64,000 bases of DNA from Octopus sinensis (GCF_006345805.1 NC_042998.1:36270001-36334000), one strand, 5' to 3'. Positions 41,849 to 54,814 are shown, counted from the first letter of the stretch. Notes: generated from the sequence alone by a model not told the origin. A program made the numbers and translations.

Positions 41849-42337
41849 AATAACCTTAGCATTTGACTTTTCGATGTCCTTACCCCCAAACTTTTGTGAG
41901 TTGAATTAAGCAAACACTATATATGAGAGAGATTTTCTTTAAGTATTAGAAATAGCTTTAAAAAAGTTTTTTAGCTGCTATTTCTAATGAGTTCAGTATG
42001 CGGCAAAGTAATTTATTTTACTAAGCCCTTTTATATAATGTAATAATTTGAATTCGCCTTGAATGGTCCCTTTGCATACTGAACACTTGTGAAATTGATT
42101 AATAATTAATTAATTTTGCCCTCAATTGTTGAAATTATAATAAATCTCCCTCTGATTAATGCTTCGGATTTTACCGAAATAAGCATAGTGTTTGATGATT
42201 TTAACCCACGCTGGTGGAAAGGGGAGAACAGAGATTCTTCGCTTGCTTATTGAATTTGTTGGCACTGTTAGTTACGAGCAGATCTTCGAAGGGTATGTTC
42301 TTATTTTCAGTGTTTCCAAATCCAACCAAGGAATTTC

Positions 42338-42389
42338 TGAGCTGATGATAGAAGTGTTGTTTTGACTAATCTTGAAACGTACGTTCTCA
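42338..42389 (+). ncRNA. Array hammerhead copy (intact)
   Basis: Same motif as 41797-41848. Confidence 0.82.
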
Positions 42390-42878
42390 AATAACCTTAG
42401 CATTTGATTTTTCGATGTCCTTACCCCCAAACTTTTGTGAGTTGAATTAAGCAAACACTATATATGAGAGAGATTTCTTTAAGTTTAGAAATAGCTTTAA
42501 AAAAGTTTTTTAGCTGCTATTTCTAATGAGTTCAGTATGCGGCAAAGTAATTTATTTACTAAGCCCTTTTATATAATGTAATAATTTGAATTCGCCTTGA
42601 ATGGTCCCTTTGCATACTGACACTTGGTGAAATTGATTAATAATTAATTAATTTTGCCCTCAATTGTTGAAATTATAATTAATCCCCCTCTGATTAATGC
42701 TTCGGATTTTACCGAAATAAGCATAGTGTTTGATGATTTTAACCCACGCTGGTGGAAAGGGGAGAACAGAGATTCTTCGCTTGCTTATTTGAATTTGTTG
42801 GCACTGTTAGTTACGAGCAGATCTTCGAAAGGGTATGTTCTTATTTTCAGTGTTTCCAAATCCAAACCAAGGAATTTC

Positions 42879-42930
42879 TGAGCTGATGATAGAAGTGTTG
42901 TTTTGACTAATCTTGAAACGTACTTTCTCA
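42879..42930 (+). ncRNA. Array hammerhead copy (GTT changed to TTT)
   Basis: GAAAC-gtac-TTT-ctca breaks the stem III C-G pair. Confidence 0.6.
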
Positions 42931-43420
42931 AATAACCTTAGCATTTGATTTTTCGATGTCCTTCCCCCAAACTTTTGTGAGTTGAATTAAGCAAACACTA
43001 TATATGAGAGAGATTTTCTTTAAGTATTAGAAATAGCTTTAAAAAAGTTTTTTAGCTGCTATTTCAATGAGTTCAGTATGCGGCAAAGTAATTTATTTTA
43101 CTAAGCCCTTTTATATAATGTAATAATTTAATTCGCCTTGAATGGTCCCTTTGCATACTGAACACTTGGTGAAATTGATTAATAATTAATTAATTTTGCC
43201 CTCAATTGTTGAAATTATAATTAATCTCCCTCTGATTAATGCTTCGGATTTTACCGAAATAAGCATAGTGTTTGATGATTTTAACCCACGCTGGTGGAAA
43301 GGGGAGAACAGAGATTCTTCGCTTGCTTATTTGAATTTGTTGGCACTGTTAGTTACGAGCAGATCTTCGAAAGGGTATGTTCTTATTTTCAGTGTTTCCA
43401 AATCCAAACCAAGGAATTTC

Positions 43421-43473
43421 TGAGCTGATGATAGAAGTGTTGTTTTTGACTAATCTTGAAACGTACTTCCTCA
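43421..43473 (+). ncRNA. Array hammerhead copy (GTT changed to TTC)
   Basis: GAAAC-gtac-TTC-ctca. Confidence 0.6.
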
Positions 43474-43966
43474 AATAACCTTAGCATTTGATTTTTCGAT
43501 GTCCTTACCTTAACCCAACTTTGTGAGTTGAATTAAGCAAACACTATATATGAGAGAGATTTTTCTTTAAGTATTAGAAATAGCTTTAAAAAAGTTTTTT
43601 AGTCTGCTATTTCTAATGAGTTCAGTATGCGGCAAAGTAATTTATTTTACTAAGCCCTTTTATATAATGTAATAATTTGAATTCGCCTTGAATGGTCCCT
43701 TTGCATACTGAACACTTGGTGAAATTGATTAATAATTAATTAATTTTGCCCTCAATTGTTGAAATTATTAATAATCTCCCTCTGATTAATGCTTCGGATT
43801 TTACCGAAATAAGCATAGTGTTTGAGATTTTAAACCCACGCTGGTGGAAAGGGGAGAACAGAGATTCTTCGCTTGCTTATTTGAATTTGTTGGCACTGTT
43901 AGTTACGAGCAGATCTTCGAAAGGTATGTTCTTATTTTCATGTTTCCAAATCCAACCAGGAATTTC

Positions 43967-44018
43967 TGAGCTGATGATAGAAGTGTTGTTTTGACTAATC
44001 TTGAAACGTACGTTCTCA
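43967..44018 (+). ncRNA. Array hammerhead copy (intact)
   Basis: Same motif as 41797-41848. Confidence 0.82.
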
Positions 44019-44416
44019 AATAACCTTAGCATTTGATTTTTCGATGTCCTTACCCCCAAACTTTTGTGAGTTGAATTAAGCAAACACTATATATGAGAGA
44101 GATTTTTCTTTAAGTATTAGAAATAGCTTTAAAAAGTTTTTTAGCTGCTATTTCTAATGAGTTCAGTATGCGGCAAAGTAATTATTACTAAGCCTTTTAT
44201 ATAATGTAATAATTTGAATTCGCCTTGAATGGTCCCTTTGCATACTGAACACTTGGTGAAATTGATTAATAATTAATTATTTTGCCCTCAATTGTTGAAA
44301 TGTATATATTATATATATAGATATATTATATATATATTATATATTATATATAATATATATATATATAAATATATATATAATATAATATATAGATATATAT
44401 ATACATATAAACATAC

Positions 44417-44454
<38 letters not shown>

Positions 44455-44703
44455 TTATACATACATATATATGTATATGTACATATAAAAAATACAGATA
44501 TATATTTTATGTATATATATACATGTATTATATATAAATATAATGCATGGATATATATATATATATTATATAATATAATATATATATATAATAATATATA
44601 TATGTATATATATGTATAACTATGTTAATATCGAATTACAAATACGTATATATTACGTTTATATGTATACTTATATCTATATATACGTATATCTATCTAT
44701 CTT

Positions 44704-44734
<31 letters not shown>

Positions 44735-46079
44735 ATGGGTTTTCTAGTTCATGCTTACTATTCACCCTATTATTACCCTCTCTCCGGTTGTTATGCAGGT
44801 GAAATACATTTAATCAGTCGAGCATTTAAAAACCTTACTTAGATACACGGTAAAGAATATGAACTAATGCTACTTGATGATCAATATTATTTCTTCTAGG
44901 ATGGCTTTAGTTCGGCAAAGTCGTTATTACGTCTACGTAAAGGGAAAACGGGTATGTACCACGTTGGCTCGTTAAGAAGTCTGTTTCTGGAAATGATTCC
45001 TGGAAAATAAAATAAGTGTTATCTTTTGTAACTGTGCAATGGAATCATATCCAAAGATAATTATTTCTAAAGCTCTGGTTTTCCTGTAGGGGAAAACTTA
45101 GGCTATAGACTCTTTCGTCTGATAAATTATTTATTGCTGGTACTAATTTCGTTATCTAGTTTGATCAAATGGTATCGTGATTTCGACGAAAATACAATCA
45201 TGAACCCAAACGAAGACTGCAGCGTAGTGCAGTATTTTAATTTATAGTATTTGGACATTTACATTAAGGTATTTTAACCAAAGCGTTGCTATTTTGCACA
45301 GTTTCCCCTGATTGCTGAAAAGAAGAATGAAAAAAAGAATGTTTGAATTTTGCTGGTAAGTACTGAATGTAATATCTACGAAAAATGATAGGCGTAAATA
45401 TTGGAGGGAAAGGAAGAGAAGAGCTTTCTGAAAAAATATATTATAATGATGTTCCTTGTTTTACTGACGTTACATTCAAGATAATTTTCGATGGCAGGCG
45501 ACGGCTTTGATATATAAGAGAAATAAAATAGGATGGTGTAATATGCCAAAATCACAAACCTGATTACAGCAGCATGCATTTCAGGATATTGCAGCTTCAG
45601 AAATATTAATTTCCTTTTGCAAGCATTCAACTACAGAATTATGTTGAAACTGGAGACAGAGATAAAGTACTTAGGGTGGTGAAAGTTCAGTCGATTCCAA
45701 CCCAGTGATCAGTTACTATCAAATTTTACAAGTATCAGGAATAACTCAGTGTAATTTAATTAATTAATTAATTAATTAATTAATTAATTAATTAAATATT
45801 TATTTTTATAAATTAGGTGGAGAAGATGTGGTGCTGAAGATTTACAAAATACAAGGTCACTGTATGTAACATGATAGCATCTTTACCGTCTCATGTTTCT
45901 TGAATATTTAACACTTGTAATTCATTGTTTGAATTAGTGATGGCATTACTGCTCGTGGAGGTTATGTACTGACTGACCTGACAGAATTTTCTAGTTGAAG
46001 GAACCATAAATATGCATATTATCAATAAAAGAAGCCCCCCAAAAATGTACGTAAGTGATTTGAGATGATTTTTCCAAGT

Positions 46080-46900
46080 AGCAAATGCTTTATTTTAGAC
46101 GTGATTTACGAAACTTTTATCCGCAACCAGGCATCATTCGAAACAGCTGAACGACCGCCTTTTATTTCGTCCCAAATATTAAAGCAATTCTTTAATATGT
46201 GTTGTTGTGGGTGATAAGAGCTGAATGCGTCAAGGGTCAGAAGCACTTGTTGCAAAATGTCATTAGCTTAAAACTGGTAGTTACCCGACTGGGTTGGCTG
46301 ATTTTAAATACGGAAAGAATTATAGCAACTGGACGTGATATAGAAAGGGGTGAGCATATATCTATCAGGCAGGTATCCTGTTACGTAAGATTACTAATTG
46401 ATGCGGAGAGTTCAGAAATGTTTCGTATTGGAGCCTAGAAAAATTGAGCGCATTGCGGCCGTGGGCGCTTGTATTCTTAATAGAAGACGGAGGACAGTCG
46501 AAAACTAATGACTGGTTGTAGAAGTTCAAAGAGCATTAGAAAGATGAGATATAGTTACAAGAATGAATATGAGAAATTTTGAGGTTGAATAACCAGAAAC
46601 ATTTGTTACTATTGTGTAGATGAGAGAAAATGATATTTGGAGAGATTTTACGAAGACATCAATGTTGGAAAGATGTTTGGTTATACAGTATAGCATGGAT
46701 TGCAGGAAAATGTTAGAACTAGGGGTTAAACGAGATGTGTCTCAAAGAGGAAATGTTTGGGTAGTTTGTGCATTTATAAAACGGTTTTGCGAGTATTGGA
46801 CTAAAATTTGCAAACTTTGGTGTAAAGAAAAAATTGTCCACCGATTACTGCTGGTTAATTAGTATAAGCAACAGATATGGTTGTCTGAGAAGTCGGGTGG
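46080..46900 (-). pseudogene. Highly degraded LINE reverse-transcriptase fragment
   Basis: Minus-strand remnants FSPILAKPFYKC, plus decayed QYGFR-like and DxxKAFD..HSALI-like segments in the expected order. Confidence 0.4.
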
Positions 46901-47126
46901 TGGAAAATAGGATACCAAGAAGTATAAATATTATTACTCAAGCTCAGTTATAATATAAACTAAATATCTTTGAAATCAAAATTATATATATATATATATA
47001 TCAACAACATTGAGGAACGGCCCCGATAGGCCATTCGACCCACTAGAAAGAGCAGCCAAGACTCAAACCGCTAAATAGTAGTAATTCAGAAATTAAAGGA
47101 AAATTAAAAAACATTTACACTATTTA

Positions 47127-47215
47127 TCTTTAGAAAATGCATTGTTTCGACGTTCTTTATGGCAAACCACCTAATTAAAAAATTAAATTAAATTTAATCA
47201 AGTCATCGGTAAAGA
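47127..47215 (-). ncRNA. Degenerate hammerhead in a (TA)n-flanked island
   Basis: Reverse complement: tcttta-CCGATGA-...gtc-GAAAC-aatgcatt-TTC-taaaga. 6-bp stem I, palindromic loop III, core substitutions. Confidence 0.5.
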
Positions 47216-47312
47216 AGCCAGGAGGAATAGATATACACGAGGCAGCAGCATTTGTGCCTCGGGAAATATACCCTAAATTTTCAAAACCACCGCCGTAATC
47301 GCGCCAACTTAT

Positions 47313-47357
<45 letters not shown>

Positions 47358-47705
47358 TATATATATATGTATGTATGTGTGTGTGTGTGTGTTTAATTTG
47401 AACGGAACATAATACCTTGAAAATTATAGAGAGTAGAAAGAAGTTAGCAGTTTACGTTTTGTCTGAATGCTACTCATATTACAAAAAAAAACCCATCTAC
47501 AACCATGCACATAACACATAAACACAAATACATACATACATGCATTTATATATATATGTAAACACACGTACACACACACACATATTATACAAAGCATTTC
47601 TAGTAACACACAATTGGCACCACCAACACATTTTTAACATCATTAAAACAAATTTGTCAATCATAAAACAAATTGAAAAATTAAAAAATATACATAACTA
47701 ATCAA

Positions 47706-47805
47706 NNNNNNNNNNNNNNNNNNNNNNNNNNNNNNNNNNNNNNNNNNNNNNNNNNNNNNNNNNNNNNNNNNNNNNNNNNNNNNNNNNNNNNNNNNNNNNN
47801 NNNNN
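47706..47805. other. Assembly gap (100 N)
   Basis: Run of N. Confidence 1.
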
Positions 47806-50214
47806 GACATTAGTGACCCTAATAAACCCATCAAGAGCTGTATGGGATGTAATAATCTTTCTCTAATGTTGTCCACGATTTATGGGAGCATATCTGCAGC
47901 CCCGCACCTCAAGTGCGACCTGTTCCTCTTTGTGTGTAGGAGTTGAGCTTTGTAGAGTTAGTAGTTTTAGAAAAAGGGATTTCCTAGCTCTGAAGAAGGC
48001 CAATCTTTGAGGTGCTATCTTTTCTATATTGATTTTCGTTCCTTAAAATAGAATATCAGTGATCGTGAGGACTAGATTTTGTAGCAACGTTCTTTAAGGA
48101 TTCTAGACGCATGTTGTACATTTAGAGTAGACGAGAATGACCACATTGGGAGACATATTCAAGTGCTCTGCTCGTTGATTTAATATAGATCCCGTGTTTG
48201 CAGGACTTGCCTACAGTTTGAAACTTAAATTGATAAACCCTAAGAAAGGCTAAAATCGTCTGTTGTCCTAACCGAACTTGAACATAAAAGTTTGGTTGGA
48301 AATTAAAGAACTGATATCGGCACACATATATACGCAGATACACAGAGTCACATAAACACATACACGCACATACACACACTCACATACACATACACACACA
48401 CGCGTATTATTTGGGACATTTTCGGTGTTCACATTTAGTTTTATGAATGATTGTCTTACCATATTCGTCTTTTATGTGTAATATGAAACGAAAACGTTTC
48501 TGTGCCAAGATTTTCGAGAGCTTCTCAGTCTCATCTTGTGAATGATATGTCAATGTTAGATGTGTTTCATTAATGCATTTTTGAAATAAGCAGTAATAAC
48601 CATGGAAATCCACACCACTGCTTAGCGCTGGCACCTCGTGTTTTGTTTATGCCGAGTCGCTAAATAGCACGACCAGTTATTGAACGATGACGGTAATATC
48701 AAAAGTAGGACCTGTCTCTTGTGTCAGCTCGCAGCGTCTACCTTTCCGCTCTCTGTTGCTGAGAAGAAGATAACATCACCAAACTGCATGCATCCTACGA
48801 GAAATTTTCTCCCTGAAATTTTCTCTAGCGAGAAATTTTGTCCCTGACAAAGTACAAGGAATAACTTTCTTACGGGTTCGAATATCCCTGAAGCATATTT
48901 GAACTGGTAACAAGTGTATGAAAACAAATGTTCACCTGTTAATGCCAAGTTTTTGTAATCATTGTTTACGCTACCTATATGTGGATGTCTTTGTCTCTTA
49001 CTATTTATAGTTTCCATTGCTAATGTATTTCCTTTTGTGGCATCCTATATAAAACAGAGCTTTCGCAAATAATGGTTTTCTCTCTGGATTTGGTTCGTGC
49101 TCTACATTGTAATGTACAGCAATGATGTCTTCTTGTAAGTGCATGAACAGCCGACGGCAGCAGTCATTCGTGTGCATCCGTTCCTATATAAAATTCCTCA
49201 AAAGGTTTATTAATAGCAAAATACAAACCCAAATTATCAACAAAAGCAGAGGATCAATGCAAAGCAGTAGAAAAATAACTTTGGAATAATAGTTCATTCA
49301 ACTGTAGAAATCTGTTCATCATGATTTACTTGTAATATCGTTCACATAGTGTTTTGTACTACAAAATAAATATACATGTATGTATGTATGTATGTATGTA
49401 TGTATGTATGTATGTATGCATGTATGTATGTATGTATGTATGTATGTATGTATGTATAAACACTCACACGCATACACAGACACACACAGACCACACATAT
49501 ATATATATATATACACGCACACACACATAGATATACACGTATGTGTGTGTAATGATGATGATGATGATGACGATGATGATAAAATAATAATATTAATTAT
49601 AACAGTAATGATAATAATTCCTTTTATTTGCTACTGAAGCATCAGATAAGAGGAGGGCCATTAGCAGGACAGTTTGCACTACGTGTGTGGGTTTTCATGG
49701 AAAAGACGATGGGAAGAAATGGCAGAGGAAGGAGAAATCAAGTAAAATGCTTAGACATTATGCAAAATACAGGAATACACAGATGATGTTTTCGTCGTTC
49801 GCCTGATCCTCTTCAATGTACGGACGCCTGCTAGAGGAAGCCAATATACCCTAACCTTCTTCCAAAATCGTCAGGGGAAAACCCTTCTATCACTACACTC
49901 ACGTGCCTTTCCCATTAGAACTTGGAAAATCCGATGAAGGAAGTGTCTGTTTAGAATCCTTTCGGCCTCGTCCAGCACAAAACCTCGTTTGTCAAAGCCA
50001 ACTGACACGAGAACACTGAATGCAAAATTTTGTTAAAGGCGGATGGTTTTATGAAACAAGCAATCAGTAGATTGTTAAGTAAGAGGCAAATTAAAATGTA
50101 ATACAACATATCAATCACAAATTATATTAATAATAATAAAATAATGATTAAAGCAAGATACGATTTAGATTTGAAAAATCCTCCAAAACCGTTGAGAGTA
50201 AAGGGCCCCCATCT

Positions 50215-50240
50215 GGCTGCTGCTGCTGCTACTACTACTA

Positions 50241-50276
<36 letters not shown>

Positions 50277-50655
50277 TTGCTGATACTACTACTACTACAA
50301 CCACTACTACTGCTGCTGTTGCTGATACTACTACTACTACTACTACTACTACTGCTGCTACTATACTACAACTACTACTACTACTACTACTGCTACTACT
50401 GCTGCTGCTGCTGTTGCTGATACTACTACTACTACTAATGTTGCTGCTGCCACCACCCCTCCACCTCCCTCCCCCTTCCTCCCATCCTCCCACTACTACT
50501 ACAACCACCACTACTACTATTACTACTACTACTACTACTACTAATGTTGCTGCTGCTACCACCCCTCCTCCTCCTCCTCCTCGTCCCTCCCATCCCCTTC
50601 CCTCCTCCTCTTCCTCCCCTCTTCCCACTACTACTACTACTACTACTACTACTGA
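50215..50655. repeat. (CTA)n/(CTG)n/(CCT)n low-complexity tract
   Basis: Directly visible. Explains the spurious 249-aa ORF. Confidence 0.95.
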
Positions 50656-51376
50656 TGATAAGAATGGTTTCAAATTTTGGTACAATACCAGGAGTATTGA
50701 GGAGAGCGGGCTTAATCGATTATGCCAACATTCAACTGTTACTTATTTGATCTGCCCCTCCCCCCCACCAAAAAAAAATAGGACAAAAAAACACCGAGTC
50801 GATGATCTCAACGGGATTGGAACTCAGCATGTAAAGAACCCAAAACAAGAGCCGCTAAACGTTTTTTTCCTCCGACGATCTCCGAATCTGTAAGCTTACC
50901 GCCATGCTGCTACTACTTGTAATGTTATAATCAGTGAACACTCGGCTGAAAGAGTTCGCTGTGTACTATTAACATCGATTAATAATAAATATGATAAATG
51001 ACGAGAAATATGCGCGAAATATATGTCTATGAATGATCTGTTATGTTGTTATTACGCTTTTATTATCTCCATAAAGACGCTTTTTATACTTATGTACCTG
51101 TGTTTATGCAAATAGGTTGGGCAGGTACAAACAGGAATGCGTATGGAATAAACTCGTAAATACACAGATAAAAAACAAAAACAATTTATTTACAGTAGGC
51201 AAAAACAAATAAACACGCATACACACATTTACATATAAATGCACACATGTGTGTATGTGTGTATGTGTTATATATAACTGTATACATCCGTTGCATATAA
51301 CTGTATATATTTACACACAAGCATATATATAACTATGTTTATACATATATTTATGATCTCTCTCTCTCTCTCGCTC

Positions 51377-51437
<61 letters not shown>

Positions 51438-51587
51438 ATCCTAATGTTTTATATAATTTAATTGATATCGATTTGTTCTGTATAACTATTCTTACATTGC
51501 GTATGATATATGACTCATAAATATATTTTATACACCAATATATATATACGTATACACACACACACACTCACATACACACACACACAC

Positions 51588-51626
<39 letters not shown>

Positions 51627-51895
51627 TATATATATATATATATATGCATATACATCGATTAATATGTATAGTTGCCTCTGTCTCTCTCTCCCTCTGAATT
51701 TTTCAAATTCGTTTTACGAATTGCAACTCTGCCAGCATGTTTAAGTCACGTACATCCATCCATACATATATATATATATATATATACATACATATATATG
51801 TGTGTGTGTGTGTGTATGTGTGTATACACACGCACGCACATATGTATGTATATATAGTTTTAAATCTCTGAGCAAGAAGTAAGTAGTAAGTTCTA

Positions 51896-52059
51896 CAGAG
51901 TAAAATCTATTTGCCAATGTAAGGGAGCGGTCCTGAGTAGAACTGCTCCCTCATTTAGCTTCTGCAAAAGAAAAAGATGTTTCCCTGGGGCTAAAAAAAA
52001 AGCTAGTAATCATTCTACTCAGGACTGTCAACTCTCGTTGGCAAATAGATTTTACTATG
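51896..52059. mobile_element. MITE with long imperfect TIRs
   Basis: agtaaaatctatttgccaa...gtcctgagtagaa pairs with ttctactcaggac...ttggcaaatagattttact. Confidence 0.75.
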
Positions 52060-52096
52060 TGTTACATATATATTATATATATATATTATATATATA

Positions 52097-52153
<57 letters not shown>

Positions 52154-52203
52154 CCACACTCACACACTCATATATCGTGTGTGCGTGTATGTGTGCATGT
52201 GCG

Positions 52204-52236
<33 letters not shown>

Positions 52237-52399
52237 GTGTTTTGTGTGTTGGTGTGTGTGTGTGTGTGTGTGTATGTATTTGTGAGTGTCTGTATACAGT
52301 GTGCATTGAATGAAAATAACACTGACATCTCATTTTAACAGATATATTTACAAAAATTACATAAAAATATCTTGAAATACTAAAGAGTAAATTCTTTCT

Positions 52400-52625
52400 A
52401 TAAAATCGCCATTGGCTTCAACCACGGCCTCCAGACGACTTCGGAATCTCCTGCAACTCTTCTGGGCGGTTTCCTTGTTTAAGTTGGTGAATTGCTGCCA
52501 TAATCCTTTCCTTCAGTTCATCTTTGGTGTTAGAAGGAGTTTTGTTGGGTCTCTCACTCAACTGCGTCCCATACATAAGAAATGTAGGCGGTTGCAGTGT
52601 GAGGAGATAGGTGGCCAGATGTTTA
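52400..52625 (-). pseudogene. Tc1/mariner (maT/DD37D-like) transposase C-terminal fragment
   Basis: IWPP.S..CN.L (decayed WPPNSPDCNPLDY) and CRRFRSRLEAVVEANGDF. Confidence 0.65.
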
Positions 52626-52629
52626 CAGC

Positions 52630-53180
52630 GAGATTCAACAAAAACATATTGGACTTAGTGTTTAGTAATCACACTAACACTATCCCTAATATTGCAGCGG
52701 AAGAATGCTTTCCTGTCCGACCACGATATGGTGCTCTGTAGTTTCAAATTTTGGCAACCAAAAGTAACTCGAAATGGTCTCGCACAAGCACACCCGTTTG
52801 TTCTCATGGATCTAGAAAATGCTAAAAGGAATGCAATCATCCACGATCTGTAACTCGTTGGTTGGACTCTCCAAGCAGCGACAATACAATCCGGCTGCTA
52901 TTTCTGGTCATTATCACAGATCTATGTTCACACTTCACTCTATTACAGGCTCCCACGTAACAGATGAACAGTTATAAGAGAAATAAAAAAAGATTAATAG
53001 AAAACTCAACCAGCTAAAACATTACTAGCTGCAATGCTCATAGTTGACAGATATAGTTTTACTGGAATAAAAGAAACATTATACAAGAAGACTCTCATCG
53101 ATAGTAAAAGAACAACAGAAAAGATTTGGGCCATTAAGAAAATGAAAGTCAAACCCAGAGCGTTCTTCTCACTCACTAAA
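52630..53180 (+). pseudogene. Degraded LINE ORF2 fragment (APE C-terminus and linker)
   Basis: RFNKNILDLVFSN, then SDHDMV, and later WAIKKMKVKPRAFF. Confidence 0.55.
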
Positions 53181-53481
53181 GAGCGTAAGGTCGCTGCATC
53201 GTCTGTTTAACCTCTAAGGGATCAAGACAACACTCTGCATAGTCATGCAGAATACATGGTTGAGCTTCTGCAGAAGCAAAACCGCTCACGTTCAGCAATT
53301 CCCACATGGTTAATCCTGATTGAATCGGTGAAACAAACCTCCAGCACAGCCAATCCGATATATCATATGGATTGTGGTTCGAGCTGTAAGCGATGTTAGA
53401 ATGTAATAAAAAATTTAAAAGCATATTGAATACGAGAGGAATCTGAAGTGAAGTTAAGCGGTACGAGGGAAACTGTAAACA

Positions 53482-53521
<40 letters not shown>

Positions 53522-53573
53522 GTATGGTGTATGATTTAAATATGTTCGAAAGATAAGCTAACCATATATAGCT

Positions 53574-53643
<70 letters not shown>

Positions 53644-53652
53644 ATATTATAA

Positions 53653-53690
<38 letters not shown>

Positions 53691-53853
53691 GTATGTATAC
53701 ACACACACTCACACACACATACACACACACATACACACATATATATATATATATGTACGTATGTATATATATTCATATATATATACAAGCAGAAATGCGC
53801 GGAAGTATACATTTAAATAAACATAAATACGCGCACAAATGCAGTAAAGCAGC

Positions 53854-53904
<51 letters not shown>

Positions 53905-54513
53905 ACACACGCACATACACACACGCACACACACAGACACACACATAGTACGTTGCATTCTGATTAATACTAATCCCTCAGAGCTTCTACCTTTATGCTA
54001 TAATAATCCTTATTTGGGAAAGCGGAGATATTGTACATGTATAGTTTAAAAAGTTCTTGCGGAATAAATGTTAAACGTTAATAATATGACGTAATAATAT
54101 TTCGCATTGTAATATGGATTGCGGTTCGAGCTGTAAGCGATGTTAGAATGCAATAAAAAGAATATTGAATGCGAGAGAAATCTGAAGCGAAGTTAAGCGA
54201 TACGAGGGAAACTGTAAACAATAAGTTTCAAATCAAAATTGTGTGACGTAGCATGTCTGTTTAGAAATGCAGTGGGTGGGTATAAATGTATGAATTTAAT
54301 TAGTGAATTTAATTATTGCAAAATTACAGAAAATTTTATTCGGTCAGAAAGAGGGTCTTGAAGTCAACTAAAATATATATCATGGAAGTGTAGAAATAAT
54401 TTAGGAAAATTGATCAAAAGCCAGAAATAATCGGAATGATGTTAGATAAATCTATACATATTTCATACACATACACACAGAGACGCGTGCACATACACGC
54501 GTATCGTTTGACG

Positions 54514-54680
54514 AACACAGCATAAAGATAAGAGTTTCTGTCTTTCGAGACACGTTTAGACAACTTTTTATAACACGTCTTGTGTCCCTAAGCAGTCTTC
54601 AAGTACAAGGCGTGTTTAAAAAAACCCTGTCGAGATACATGTCTCCAAAACAAGAAATTATACCGTCTTTATACTGTGTT
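54514..54680. mobile_element. Old hairpin MITE
   Basis: Nested inverted pairs aacacagcataaaga/tctttatactgtgtt, gagacacgt/acatgtctc and aacacgtcttgt/acaaggcgtgtt. Confidence 0.6.
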
Positions 54681-54758
54681 TATTGAATAATATTTCTCTA
54701 TCACCAGATGGAGTACTTTGTTATTGATCTTACCTTAGTGGAACTCTCTCCCTCTCTG

Positions 54759-54814
<56 letters not shown>

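Larger units (their letters stand above)
39843..44300. repeat. Tandem array of ~540-bp hammerhead-bearing units (about 3.1 minus-strand and 5.05 plus-strand units, with an inversion at ~41561); retrozyme-like
   Basis: Left block unit boundaries at about 39843, 40396, 40942 and 41485. Right block boundaries at about 41563, 42105, 42645, 43185, 43735 and 44275. One hammerhead per full unit. Flanked by (TA)n. Confidence 0.92.

Noticed and set aside
39843-44300. Recurrent small ORFs (MLRLFENVRFK..., MPSIVEII...PRWWKGE) as a tandem peptide gene cluster or a CRISPR-like array
   Set aside because: The ORFs are short, mostly start at non-ATG codons, have inconsistent frames between units and contain no recognisable domain. 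Units are near-identical with no unique spacers.
48724-49017. 97-aa ATG-initiated ORF in non-repetitive sequence
   Set aside because: No recognisable motif, and the length is within chance expectation.
50122-50893. 249-aa and 187-aa ORFs as mucin-like proteins
   Set aside because: They are trinucleotide-repeat translations running into a degraded SINE.
52630-53180. LINE fragment as the inverted missing 5' half of the LINE at 37894-39821 (both stop near the K.NPK.F motif)
   Set aside because: The overlapping motif differs substantially in sequence and this piece is far more decayed, so it is probably a separate older copy.
54180-54220. ctgaagcga...gaaactgta as a hammerhead
   Set aside because: The core is not CUGANGA and no stem I or II pairing is present.
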